Positions 12,026 through 23,302 are shown, counted from the first letter of the stretch. The stretch is 64,000 nucleotides of DNA from Prasinococcaceae sp. CCMP 1430 (GCA_013416795.1 RQSC01000015.1:260445-324444); one strand, 5' to 3'. Numbers and translations: made by a program. Notes: generated from the sequence alone by a model not told the origin.

Positions 12026-12650
12026 GCTGACCCGCGTTGCCGTCCGATATCCCCACGGCGCTGCAGCAGCATTTTCTGACAGCCACGCGACCTCGCACGT
12101 CCCGCGAAATCAACGCTGCCACCGTGTTTGCCGACATTGTACGTGACTCGGCGGTGCGCGCGCACGCAGCAAATTGGATCCAGGCTCAGGCTGTGGCCAG
12201 GAAGAGGACGAAGAGTGCCACAAGCGCCACGGACAACACAACCTGACCCCTGCGGACCTGCGCCCTGAGGTCGTAGAGCGAATATGTAGGGCTCTGTATA
12301 TGGTACGCCGCGATTGCGCTGCCGCGTCGCGTTGCATGAATACGCCAACTACTGCTGACACTTGCACGGCCCGGACGGCGGTTCGCGTCTCACGCACGCG
12401 GGGCGGCCCGCAGGATCACACATGTCTCGGGTTGACGTCGAAGTGGTGCCCGCAGTGGACGCACGCGGGCAGCGAGTAGCAACAGAGCGGCGGAGTGCAC
12501 GTAAAAGCGAGGCATAGCCCCCAAACAACTCCTATCATCCGCTCCTCTTACGCCATCGAAGTCTACTGCAGGGTTGCTCGCGTGAATTAGGCCAAGCAAA
12601 GGCCCTGCGCTCGCGGTGCAGTGCTTTGCGTGCGCGCGTGCGTGCAGTGG

Positions 12651-15353
12651 TCACCGCGAGCCGTGACGGATGAACGTGAGCGCCGCGAGCGCGAGGCACA
12701 CGAACACGACCGTGAAGAGCGCCAGATACACCATGAGCAGCGCGAGCGTCTCTCCCTCCACGCCATAGTACTCGAGCACCGTCTGGCCGTCGATGACGAC
12801 GAAGTCAGTGCCCTCGTACTGCTCGACAAGCCAGGACGTGAATGCAAAGCGCAGCGGGTTTATGAAGGTGTACCAGTACCAGCCTTGCGGGATTTGCGGT
12901 AGAGGAAGCAGAAAGCCTGCAAAGAAGAGGTTGAATGCCATATAGAGCGGAACGAGCGCGTTGGCAAGCTCGAGCGCGGGCATGGCCGCAGCGGCGAGGT
13001 ACGCGGCGCTGATGCTCATGATGAATGACAAGTAGTATATGAGCAAGAAGACGCCAAAATTGCCGCGATCGCTAAAGCCGATCGACCAGAACACGATGGA
13101 GACGAAAGCGAGCGCGCCCACGATGGCAAAGCCGAACTCCTGAATGAGGTTGTAGGCTAAGTAAGTGGGTGTCCTGTAGAGGCCATCGGCGCGCTCCCGG
13201 TAGAATACCGGGCGCTCAAGGAAGAGCTGCGGCACGTATATGGCCGCGCTAAAGGCAGTGAGAGCCGTCAGCTGGAACAGCACCGCCACCGTGCTCTGGA
13301 TGGACCCTGGATCTGTCCTCGCCGCCACACCCCAAAAGAGCGACATGGTGACGAGGGCGTACACGATCTTGTCCATGAGCCGCGGGGCGATCCAGCGAGG
13401 GCTGCGCAAGTTGCGCAGGCCTCGGTAGCGCAAAAGCACAGCAATGGCGCGGAGCTGCGACGGCTGCTGCCGCTTGCTCGGATCTGTGCGCGTGCCCTCC
13501 GCGCTCGACCAATGGCCGCACCAAGGCCAGCCACTGGTCGATGGCCCGCCCGCCTGCCCCTCCTGGCCTGGGTCAGAGAGCGCACCCTCCACTATGCCCT
13601 CGAGGTCCGAATCATCAACAGGAGGCGGCGACTGGCCCTCCCTTGAACCAAGCAACGCGGATTCGTCGACGATGAGGTCTTGTTCCGCTGCGATCAAGCA
13701 GACGTCCCTGCGCACCTGCCTGCGCGCATCCGAGAGCATGTACAACGCGGCAAGATTGAGTCCACGGATCTCCGAGGGGATCCGCGCGCCAGGCAGCACC
13801 TTCGCGTGCGACCGCGCGTCACTTTCCAAGGCGGTGACCGGGGCGGTACGCGTCTCGTGTTCCGCATCGCCTGGGACACGCATCTCCTCGTCGACATTCG
13901 ACTCCTCATCATCCACGGCATCGTCGCCTCCAGACTTCTCGCCGATGACATCAGCCATCCACTCTGCTGTTGAGAGAGCGCCGGGGTCTGCGGGGAAGGG
14001 GTACCCCTGCGCCTCGAGGTAGCGGCGCACGCATGCACCACCCTCGCCGAGAGGGCCGAAGTACAGCACGCGGCCTCTGTCCCGATAGTCTGGAAGCTTG
14101 CTGTCTGAATCCTCGCTGGCTTCGGCGGTGCTAGCTCCGGCCGCCGTCTCCCTTGCGCCGGTGAAAACTTGCGCAGGGATTGCATTGACATCTCCGCCAG
14201 AGTTCCCGCCCAGGAGCATGAGCCTGTCGAACATACCGAACACTTTCGAGGTGGGCGCATGCACCGTCGCACACACAGCAACGCCGAGGGTCGAGGCGAC
14301 GCTGTGCAGCGCCGCGGCCACATCAGCCGCTAACGGAGCGTCCAGTCCAGTGGTCGGTTCGTCGAGGAGAAGCACACGCGGCTCGGACACGAGGCTCAGA
14401 CCTATGCTGAGCCTCTTCGCTTGGCCTCCAGATATCCCTTTCGTCAGCGGGTCGCCAACGTACACGTTCCGGCACGAGTGCAATCGCAAAGTGGCGATTA
14501 CGCGCTCCACGGCGGCCCGTCGCGCGCGCTTGGTCTCTCGCACATCGCGCTTGAGCTCTGCTGTGTACAGCAGCGTCTCGGCGGGAGTGAGATTCGGCAG
14601 CAGCCGATCAAACTGCTCGACGTAGCCTACGTTCTCGGCCAGAAAACGCCTGGAGGGACGCTGCAGTCCGCCTCTGCTCGCGGCGCCGGCGACGACGCCC
14701 TCATCACCTCCCTGCCCGCTGTGAGCGTCGGCCGGGTCGACACCGCCGCCCCCGCCGTACAGCAGCAAGCCGTCGACTTTCCCGGCGGTGGCCCTCCCAG
14801 AGAGGACGTCCAGCAATGTCGTCTTGCCGCATCCCGACGCGCCCATCACCGCGCTCACCTCGCCTGCTCGGATGTAGCCCGTGATTCCACGGAGGATCTC
14901 AAAGCGACCGACGCCAGCAGTTTCCTGCTCGGTCGCGGTCGTGTGCGAGGCATGCTGGCAGGCGTGGCCTTTCTCCTCGTCGCCCGCGTTCCGCCCCCCA
15001 ATGTCGGACTCGCTTCTATCCGCGGCCGCGGCGCTGCTACCAGCAACGCCGACGTGATCAGACGCATTGCCGCGGCGCCTCGCGGCGGACCTGCGCCATC
15101 CAGCGAAAAGGCGTGCGCACCCGCGCCCCCTCCCCGCCCCCTCCAGCCGTCGGTCGCGCACAGTGTATCTCAGTCCCACAAATACCACGTCAACAGCTAG
15201 CTGTCCACGCGCAGCGGTGGCGGCCGGGCGATGTTGCATGCCAGACGTCACATCGGCCGACGAGTCGGCTCGGACGGACCGCTCGCCGCCGCTGCGGTCG
15301 TCGGGGGCGGTCTCGCCGCCGCCGCCATCGCCGTCGCCACCATTCTCAGTCAT
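12651..15353 (-). CDS. ABCG: ABCG half-transporter (NBD-TMD)
   Basis: Walker A GASGCGKTTLLDVL, signature ISGGQAKRLSIG, Walker B LLLDEPTTGLD, ABC2 membrane domain ERPVFYRERADGLY. Likely ATG at 15353 (ORF open to 15626). Confidence 0.93.
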   Translation of the reverse strand: MTENGGDGDGGGGETAPDDRSGGERSVRADSSADVTSGMQHRPAATAARGQLAVDVVFVGLRYTVRDRRLEGAGRGRGCARLFAGWRRSAARRRGNASDHVGVAGSSAAAADRSESDIGGRNAGDEEKGHACQHASHTTATEQETAGVGRFEILRGITGYIRAGEVSAVMGASGCGKTTLLDVLSGRATAGKVDGLLLYGGGGGVDPADAHSGQGGDEGVVAGAASRGGLQRPSRRFLAENVGYVEQFDRLLPNLTPAETLLYTAELKRDVRETKRARRAAVERVIATLRLHSCRNVYVGDPLTKGISGGQAKRLSIGLSLVSEPRVLLLDEPTTGLDAPLAADVAAALHSVASTLGVAVCATVHAPTSKVFGMFDRLMLLGGNSGGDVNAIPAQVFTGARETAAGASTAEASEDSDSKLPDYRDRGRVLYFGPLGEGGACVRRYLEAQGYPFPADPGALSTAEWMADVIGEKSGGDDAVDDEESNVDEEMRVPGDAEHETRTAPVTALESDARSHAKVLPGARIPSEIRGLNLAALYMLSDARRQVRRDVCLIAAEQDLIVDESALLGSREGQSPPPVDDSDLEGIVEGALSDPGQEGQAGGPSTSGWPWCGHWSSAEGTRTDPSKRQQPSQLRAIAVLLRYRGLRNLRSPRWIAPRLMDKIVYALVTMSLFWGVAARTDPGSIQSTVAVLFQLTALTAFSAAIYVPQLFLERPVFYRERADGLYRTPTYLAYNLIQEFGFAIVGALAFVSIVFWSIGFSDRGNFGVFLLIYYLSFIMSISAAYLAAAAMPALELANALVPLYMAFNLFFAGFLLPLPQIPQGWYWYTFINPLRFAFTSWLVEQYEGTDFVVIDGQTVLEYYGVEGETLALLMVYLALFTVVFVCLALAALTFIRHGSR

Positions 15354-15624
15354 CTGGACGCCTCTGCCCTCCTCCACCCTTTCGCCACGGTTGCCGCCAG
15401 AGCGAGCGCGCTCAACCCATCCCTCGGCGCGGAAATGACTGCCCCTGCTCCCGAAGCTGCTGGTCCTGCTGTCAGCCCCACCAACAGCCCCCTCGCCGCC
15501 GCCTCCTCCTCCGCCGCCCGCAGCGCGAGCCTGCTGGACCTGGCGGCCTCCTTCCCCTTCCCCCCCCGCGGCCGGCGCGCCGCTGCCCCCGTTCGCTCCC
15601 CGCTGCCCCCCCAGGCGCGCGCCC

Positions 15625-16150
15625 ATGGCCGCCGCCGTGCGCAGGGGCGGAGCNGCCTACATCGTCTTCGATCCGCGTGCCCTCGGCCTCGCAGGCGCCG
15701 ATTCGCTGGTGCCGGACGGCGTGCCTGCTCATATGATCGCACTCCCTGGACCATTTGCTGACGCCTACAAACTCCCATGTGAAGTGAAGGTGACAGGCGA
15801 CGCCGGCGCCACTTCAGGATCTGCGGACTTCGATGCCGCACGTGAGCTGGTGGCGTCGCTCGTGCTCTTCTCGGGCAGCGCGCGCGAGGCGCTCGAATCG
15901 CTGCAGAGCGCGCGCGATACCGCGGTTGACGGCGCCGTGGGCAGTATGTCCTCGCTCGACGTGTCCATCATCAGCGCGCTCCATGTCGACGTTGCTCCGA
16001 GGGCCTTCAAGGAGGCCCTCGGGCGCGCCGCTGGCCACTCGGAGGCGATGGCACAGATCGCAATTGCGCGCGACACCTGCTCATCGTGCGAAGGGGCCTC
16101 GGGCTGGCTGGCTGCGGGTGCGGGCGAGGCGCCGCATCTGGTAGGGGAGC
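15625..16150 (+). CDS. Unknown coding-like domain of about 170 aa; probably the 5' part of the TMEM237-like gene (frame break near 16144-16156)
   Basis: Globular-looking translation with GC3 bias that degenerates after a G4/C5 run, where the -1 frame becomes coding-like. Confidence 0.45.
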
Positions 16151-16250
16151 TCCCCCTGCCGCGGCGCTCGCGGCCGCGCGAGCGGCCGCTGCGGCGAGGG
16201 CGGCGGGCGGCGCAGAGCAGGCACGGCCGGGGCAGCAGGAACAGCAGGCT

Positions 16251-17318
16251 ATGGAGGAGCTGAACCCGTACGCGGCGGCGGCCGCCGCCATCGTTGGACC
16301 GCCCAAGGCGCGCGCGGGTGGCGACGAAGAAATGGCTGCTGCGGCGGCGGCCGGGGGAGACGCTGCTGCGTCTGCGTCGGGCGCGGAGGAGGCAGACGCG
16401 GATGGAGCAGCCGAGCCTGACGCCAGCAACACCACCTTGGGTGCTGACCACGTAGAGGTGCGCGCACGAGCACGAAAACATGCGCGCGCCGCACGCTCGC
16501 GATGCGCGCTCGCTCCTGCGCGCCTGCTGTCGGATGCCTGTGCGTGTCTCTGACAAGGGCCTTCCCGCCCCCCGATTCTACCGTCACATGCCCGACCCGT
16601 TCGGCCTCCCTCTCCCGCACTCCTTCCCCAGGGCGTCGCCTTGGCGCATAAGATCCACCTGACGTTCGAGCAGCAGGCCCTCGGCGGCCGCTTCTACCGT
16701 GTGGGGCGAGAACGACAGGCACGCCGCGAGGCAGCGCGCGCCGCCAAGGCCGCCGAGGACGCGCCCATGCCCAAGGGCGGCGGCCTGAGCTGGCTGTCTG
16801 ATGTGGTGACCAATGTGAGCCGCCTGAGTGCCACCTTCACGCGCTTTGCGCAGGGTCTGTTGGGTGGCTTCGCGCTTCTCAACCTGTACATGACCTACGC
16901 GTTCACAGGCGGCAGCGGAGACAGGTGGCTGGCGTTTTACTCGCCGCTGGCGAGCAGCAGCTCCACCACCTTCCACGTGCTGGGCACTGTTGCGCTGCTT
17001 GGAACGCTCGACCGCTACTTCCGCGAGCGCGCAGCGGGCTGGCCGCGCGGCCTCGCGCAGGCCAACAGCGTTCGCCTCATGGTCGGACTCTACGCCATGG
17101 CCTTCGTGCTGACGCTGGTGTGCAGCCACTTCGAGGAGGTCCTCTTCTACACCAACGAACGCGTGCCCGGCTGGTGGGAGCTGTATCCGCAGACGAAGTC
17201 TTTCAAGTCGCGCAAGACCACCTACCTCACGCTCAACTTCTTCAGGGTGTTGCTCCACGGGCTGGGATGGCTGGTGGTAAACGCGTCGGATCCGCACCTC
17301 GTGCGACTGACGCACTGA
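16251..17318 (+). CDS. TMEM237: TMEM237-like ciliary transition-zone membrane protein; intron 16458..16631
   Basis: FAQGLLGGFALLNLYMTY..FYSPLA..TFHVLGTVALLGTLDRY..LYAMAFVLTL parallels recalled TMEM237 TM motifs. Phase-0 GTGCGC..CAG intron. Confidence 0.65.
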
Positions 17319-17444
17319 GGTCCCGTGGGGTACACACGCAGCGGCGCAACACGAAAGTTGCAGCGACAGCGCTCCTCCCCGCCAAGGCATGTAGTAAGAA
17401 ACGCCGCGGGCGCTCCTGCACCCCGACAAGTCAATGGTAGTCTC

Positions 17445-20400
17445 TTAATAGCCTACCTCATTAACCAATGCAGCATACGCGTGATCGACCTCCTTGGGCC
17501 TAGCGGCAGCCCCCGCGGCCTTCGCCTTGCGCTTGGGCGGCTCCACCTTGAGCTTCGCGCAGAGGGAGTCGCGCGTGGAGCGCACCGCCTCGACCTCACC
17601 ATCCCAGCGCGTGTCGCCCAACATGTCCACAGCTTCGTCAAGGTCGCCTTCCTCAACACCGAGGTCGACAGGTTCCACGCACAGCAGACGCGAGTAGAGC
17701 TGCTCGGCGGTGTGACGGCGCACGCGAGGGAAGCGGTTGACAAGCAGGGCCGAGAGCTGTCGGAACGCCTGGCGCGACGCTGCGAGCTCGTCGGGCGCCG
17801 GCGCCTCTGCGCCCTTGGTCGCCGCACGGTGGCCAACCAGGGCGCAGAGCACCGTCACGGCCGCCATGAGCTTGGGCACATCGCGCGTTCCTGTGCACTC
17901 GGCCTTCACCGCCGCGGCCACGCGCGCTGACCAGGCCGCGTCGGCGCCCGCGGGCGAGGCCGCGTGCAGCGCACCCTTCGCCAGCAGCCCCTCCACAGCC
18001 CGCATGGCTGCCGCCGCACTCTTGGCCGGGCCGCCGCCGCGCTCGAGAATCGCGGCGCATTCGTGTGCCACAGCCGAGCGCAGATCGTCACCGGCGCCAA
18101 GCATCTGCTCGGCGAGCGTTGCGCGTGCAGCCGAACCCAGGCTGTCGCCTGCGCCGCCGGCACTCGCCAGCACGCCCTCGAGCAGCATGGGTCGGAGCGC
18201 ATCCACCGCTAGGACACGCGTGATGGCCGGGAAGGCGGCCGCTGGGGCCGACCATTGGACGCCCTCGCCGCGTTCGGGGAGGAGCTCGAGCAGCTTGGCG
18301 GCGACAGCGGCTGCGTCACACACGCGCTGGTTTCCCGCGTGCGAGGCGAGGGCAACCGCGAGCGCCACGAGACGCTCCGCGGCAGAGGCACGAAGTCGGT
18401 CGATGCGCCCCGCCGCCTGCCTTGCGAGAGACCCCAGGCATCGCAGCGCGAGCTCGTCCGAAAGCTCGTTGGCGCGCAGCAGCTGCTGTGCGAGGCTCTC
18501 AAGTGACACGAGCGCCGCCTGACGCACCCAGCTGCCGACGTCGCCACGATTGTCGATGGAGTAGTCCTCCATGGCAACAAGCAAGTCATCCATCAGCGCG
18601 CACGCACTGGCCGTCAGCGAAGGGAGCGCGGCGGCCAGCGTTGCTGCTGATCTAGCAGCCGCTGCGCGCGATTCGGCGTCGCGTTCATCGGCATCCTCCT
18701 CCAGGTGGCAGGCGGCGCCAACCGTGTGCAGCACGAGCTCGCCGCACACGGCCAGCAGCTCCGCGGGCAGAGCCGACAGGGCGAGCGCGCCGCCGCGCCG
18801 GGCGGCCACGTTCTGCTCCTTTACCATGCCCACGAACTTCTCGGCGATCTCCCTGCCTGCCTGTAGTTTGATTGCGCGGCTGTCGTCCAGCAGGCGTCGC
18901 TCGCAGAAGGTCGGCAGCGAGGCCGCTGCCGCGGCGCGCACGTCTGCGCTCGGGTGGCGCAGCGCTTCGTCGAGCGTCGACAGGTGCCCCTCGAAGGAGC
19001 GCTTGCTGAGGCCGAGCCTTGCGTTGGCAGACCCCCCGATCAGGCTGCACACGGCTGCGCGCATGAGCTCGCCGCCCTTGCCACGGTACAAGCGCGCCTG
19101 GACGCACACGAGTGCGCACGCGGCGGGCAGAGCGCAGAGAAAGGGGTCAGCATGCAGCACCGCCGAGGTCTCTGCCAACATGGGGGGTGAACACGGTCGA
19201 GACACGCAGCGACGGAACGCCTGCGCGCCTCACCTTCTCGATGTCGAGCACCAAGTTCGCCGCCTGCGTGCTGACCTCCGCCGGCAACGTCGCTCCCGCT
19301 TCTGCAAGCGCCGGCAGCAACTCCGCAACGCCGAGCACCGCGCCGTGCCTCTCTGTGATCTCTCGTGAGAGTGCCCGCCCGCACAGCTCGGGCAGCGCCG
19401 TATCGATCGCCCACTCGGTATCGAGCCTGGCGATCCTCGCAAGGCAGGCGCTACCCAACGTGCGTGTGGCGGGTTCCCAATGTGGCAGCGTCACACGCAG
19501 CGCGTGCTCGAGGAGCGCCCGGCGGTACGGCTCGTGCGCCGCCGCAGCGAGCGCCACCTCGAGGTACGCCGACTGCCTCTGCCCCACCGCAAAGTAGTCC
19601 ACCGCACGCACCAGCTCGAGCCCATGCGGCACGTTGCGGAGGCGCCCAACGCACTCCTGAAACGCCGCGGCCGCCGCGCGGCGGCAGTGCAGCTCGCGGT
19701 CCAGACACGCCGCCACAATGAGGGGCGGTGCGAGCGCGTTGATGTGCGCCGCCATCACCTCGGGCGCGTAGGCTCGCGCGAAGGCCCAGCAGCAGTACGC
19801 CGCCGCATCGCGCACGTGCGATCCCACGGAGTGCGCACCCCTTCGGACGTCGTACACAAGCGCCGCGCCTACCAGAGGCACGGCCTCGGGCAGGCGCGCG
19901 GGCAGCAGCAGGCCGCGGCGCGCGAGCTCGGCGACGGCCAGGCACGCGCCGTGCCAGGCGCCGTCGCCCTCGACGGCACACAGCAGCTCCAGCACCGAAC
20001 CCACGACATCGTCGGCCAGGCTGGATGGCAGCCGCCCAGTGATGCGGCCGAGGCCCTTGGCTGCGCTCCACCGGACGACGGTGTCCTTGTCGCGCAGCGA
20101 AGACAGCAGCGCCTCGATTACGTCCTCGAGGACCTCACCCGCCACCTCGTCCATCTCGAAGTCCTCGTCGTCGTCATTGCACTCGGCGTCGGCAGCGTCG
20201 GCGAGCGCAGCCGAAGCGGCGCCCACCTCGCCAGCCTCTGGTGCCGACGCCAGGTTCGCCTCGAGCGAGCGGCAGCCGCGCTGGTAGCGCCACGGCGCGA
20301 CTGTGGGGGCGAGCGCGACGAGCGCGACCCGCTGTGCGAGCTTGGTGGCGAGCAGCCGGGCCAACGAGCCGCCGCTGGCTCCAGCGCCACTGGCGAGCGC

Positions 20401-20910
20401 CGCCGCCGCAGCCCACGCGCCGTTCGCGTACGGCAGCAGCGCCTCGCGTCGCCCCGACTTGAAGACGCACGCGAGCGCGCGCGCGGCGCCGCACAGCAAG
20501 AAGGCGGCCTGCGGCGTCGCCGGCGGCGCGCGCGCGCACTCCTCCAGACGCTCGCGTGCCCAGCCCACGAAATCGGCCAGCGCCGCGTCCGAGCCCGGGC
20601 GCGTGAGCAGCTTGCCGAGCAGCGCGGCGCTCACGTCGCGCGCCCAGCCGCTGTCCGCGAGGTACTCCTTGCAGCGCGCCACGATGGCCAGCACGACGGG
20701 CGACGTGCCGCACCCCTGGGCGGCCCTGTCGATGTCCTCCCGCACGCCTAGCACCTTGGAGTCGACCACCGCCAGGTCGAACGGGATGAGGACGAGGATG
20801 GAGAGCCAGAGGAGTAGCACGCAGCGCGTCTCCCACAGACCGCCCGTGCCCACGCCCGAGTCGCCGTCGCCCTCGGCGGCCGCCGCGGCGAGCGCGGCGC
20901 TGCGCGACAT
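17445..20910 (-). CDS. TBCD: Tubulin-folding cofactor D; intron 19098..19233; conserved N-terminus not found
   Basis: LWETRCVLLLWLSILVLIPFDL, DKDTVVRWSAAKGLGRITGRL, GSHVRDAAAYCCWAFARAY, CRRAAAAAFQECVGR, DYSIDNRGDVGSWVR, FPRVRRHTAEQLY. Confidence 0.92.
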
Positions 20911-21313
20911 GTACCTCGAGCTTGAGCGCGCCGAGGCGGGCGCCGAGGCGAGGGAGATCGCATGCGTTGCCGCTGCGACGAACGCCGCGCAGGCAGCTGC
21001 GTGTACCGCCGAGTATCTGGACGCCGCCGACGCCGTGGAGGGCGCGCGCCTCGCTGCCGCTGCCGCTGGCGCGTCCACCGGCGGCGAACGCGCAGCGGCA
21101 AACGCGGCCGTCATGGAGGTCAACAAGGCCGCGCGCGCGCGCGTGGCCGCCGCGCAGGAGCGCGAGCTCGCGTGCATCGAGCACGGAGGCGGCGCGGAGT
21201 GTACGGTGGCCTTTCTGGCCGACGCGGACGCCGCGGAGGCCGACGCCCGCGACGCCGTGCGCCGGTATCGGAACATACTCCGGCGATGGGTGTCAGTGCA
21301 CGGAAGTCCGTAG
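20909..21313 (+). CDS. Putative 134-aa Ala/Glu-rich protein with two Cys pairs
   Basis: Sense-like GC3-rich codons from ATG 20909 to TAG 21313. The opposite frame has the Ser/Ala pattern typical of antisense translation. Confidence 0.5.
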   Translation: MYLELERAEAGAEAREIACVAAATNAAQAAACTAEYLDAADAVEGARLAAAAAGASTGGERAAANAAVMEVNKAARARVAAAQERELACIEHGGGAECTVAFLADADAAEADARDAVRRYRNILRRWVSVHGSP

Positions 21314-21340
21314 CGACGCACTCCACGATGATTTGTAAGA

Positions 21341-23302
21341 TTACCGCCGCTTGCGGACAGTTTCGCCCTCAGACGGGCGCCCTCTGCTATCCTGCGGCGT
21401 ATCCACATCCGCGGCGCCTGCGTCGCCTCCCCCCTCGAGCGCGGCTTGCCCTGATGCTTGCGGCCCCACCTCCACGTAGCCGAACTCGTTCACGCGCTTT
21501 TTGTCCACGCCGTACAAGTACCATTGCACGAGGAAGACCAGGAAGACAGCGTCGTCGCGGAACACCGAGAGCCTGTGCAGCGGCGGCATCTTGATGCAGA
21601 AGGCGAAGAGGTCATCGATGATGGTGTTGAAAAACTTGTACGAAAGCTGTTTCCATGGAAGATGAGCGACGGAGCGCAGCTTGTAATTGATGTAGAGCTG
21701 CGGCACCATGTGCGTGAACCCGAGCGCGTATATTCCGCGCACGAGCGCCGTGAGCACCCAGCTCCACCAGGACGCAAACTTGGAATAGATCAACGACTGC
21801 ACGGCGAATCCCGCCACCATCGGATAGAGGAAGGTGCCGCAGTATGCGGCGGCGACGCGGTCGTGCGTCATGGTCTCGTCGTGGACGTAGCCTTCGCGAT
21901 GGGCGAGGCGCACCCACGGCACGTGCAGCGCACCACCGAGCAGCGCGCGAGAGCAGAAGCGCACGTGGACGGCCTTGGTGACCTTCCACGCGTCGATGAT
22001 CAGCCCGAGCCCATTGGACATGAGCACCATCCAGGACGTGTCATTGTCGAGAAGGTATAGAAAAATGATGCCGTTGCATGCCGCAGACGAGACCACGCTC
22101 CTGACAGACAGCCCACGCAGGCTGCGCCTCTTGCGCCAAAAGCTCACGTCCGCCGTGAACGCAAGCATGTCGAAGAGCGAGTGCAGCAGCGAGACCGTCA
22201 TGGTGACCGCCAGCAGGTACGGATTGGTCTCGACGAACAGACGCTTGAAGGTGTCCTCCTCGCCCTCTCGCATGGTGCCCATGGCCTGCTGCATCTTCCA
22301 GCTCTCCTCCATCTGCACCTCGAGCTGCCACCACCAGTTGCTCGTGAGCTGGAGCCTCACCTGCGTCGGCAGCTCCTCTGTGGACGCGTTAATCTCGATG
22401 AGATGGTCGCGCAGCACCCAGAAGTCGGCCACCTCGGCCACGGGGAAGTACTCCCCCAGCTCGTTTGGGCCCGGCACTGGCCGCACGCGCTTGGCCACCG
22501 CGGGCGCCATCGAGCGCAGCGGCTCGGCCATGCCGTGCACGAGCGCCAGCGTCAGGTTGGGCCGCCAGTGGGACACCAGCGCGTCCTCGGAGCCGTCAGC
22601 CACCACCTCGGCGGGTGCTCCCTCGTCAACCTCTCCTCCACCCTCCTCCTCACCACCCCCACCACCCAGCAACGACTTGGTCCCGCGCGCTCGCCTCCGC
22701 CGCACGCGCCGCGTGAGCTCGGCGCGCACCCGGAATGCCTCGTCCGCCTCGAAGCGGCCGGCGCCGGTGGCGCCGGCGGCAGTGTGTGGCGACCCGCTCG
22801 TGCGCGATACGAATGCGTGCAGGTACAGCGTCGCGTTGCGCAGGCGCACGGCGTCCGATGGGCGGTACGTCCACTGCGCGGCGTACTCTGTGTCCGTAGC
22901 GGGCGCGACGCCTGTGGCGTCCTCATCGAGGGCGTCGCGCAGCGCGCCCAGCGAGAGAGCTCCCGCCGCACGGGGGGGCGCCTCGAGCGCCACGTCACGG
23001 AAGCTCGCAACGCGCTCGCCTCGTGTCGCGTCGTCGTCCTCCCACGGCGCGAAGCTCTCCTCCTCGCTCGCCCACAGCTCGACGTCGACGTGTGTGCCGG
23101 GCTCAAAGACGCACGCGCCTCGTTGCACCACACGCGCAGGCACGTCATTGCCTCCGGGCGGCGGCCCGAGCGCACCGCGGATGATTGCGTTCAACCCCAG
23201 CCACATGACACCGTAGCGTACGAGCGTGCCGACGCTGTAGCCGCCACCCCCGCCGCCCTCGCCACTGCCAGCCGCAATTGGCCGGGCTGCTGGGTCGGCC
23301 AT
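21341..23302 (-). CDS. CLPTM1: CLPTM1/CLPTM1L family ER membrane protein, intronless
   Basis: SHWRPNLTL, DFWVLRDHLIEIN, ETNPYLLAVT, HSLFDMLAF, PQLYINYKLRSVAHLPW, YKFFNTIIDDLFAF, YGVDKKRVNEFG. Confidence 0.93.
   Translation of the reverse strand: MADPAARPIAAGSGEGGGGGGYSVGTLVRYGVMWLGLNAIIRGALGPPPGGNDVPARVVQRGACVFEPGTHVDVELWASEEESFAPWEDDDATRGERVASFRDVALEAPPRAAGALSLGALRDALDEDATGVAPATDTEYAAQWTYRPSDAVRLRNATLYLHAFVSRTSGSPHTAAGATGAGRFEADEAFRVRAELTRRVRRRRARGTKSLLGGGGGEEEGGGEVDEGAPAEVVADGSEDALVSHWRPNLTLALVHGMAEPLRSMAPAVAKRVRPVPGPNELGEYFPVAEVADFWVLRDHLIEINASTEELPTQVRLQLTSNWWWQLEVQMEESWKMQQAMGTMREGEEDTFKRLFVETNPYLLAVTMTVSLLHSLFDMLAFTADVSFWRKRRSLRGLSVRSVVSSAACNGIIFLYLLDNDTSWMVLMSNGLGLIIDAWKVTKAVHVRFCSRALLGGALHVPWVRLAHREGYVHDETMTHDRVAAAYCGTFLYPMVAGFAVQSLIYSKFASWWSWVLTALVRGIYALGFTHMVPQLYINYKLRSVAHLPWKQLSYKFFNTIIDDLFAFCIKMPPLHRLSVFRDDAVFLVFLVQWYLYGVDKKRVNEFGYVEVGPQASGQAALEGGGDAGAADVDTPQDSRGRPSEGETVRKRR

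Noticed and set aside
12026-12246. Extra ORF or exon after the sulfotransferase stop
   Set aside because: No splice combination I tested gave a convincing in-frame extension.
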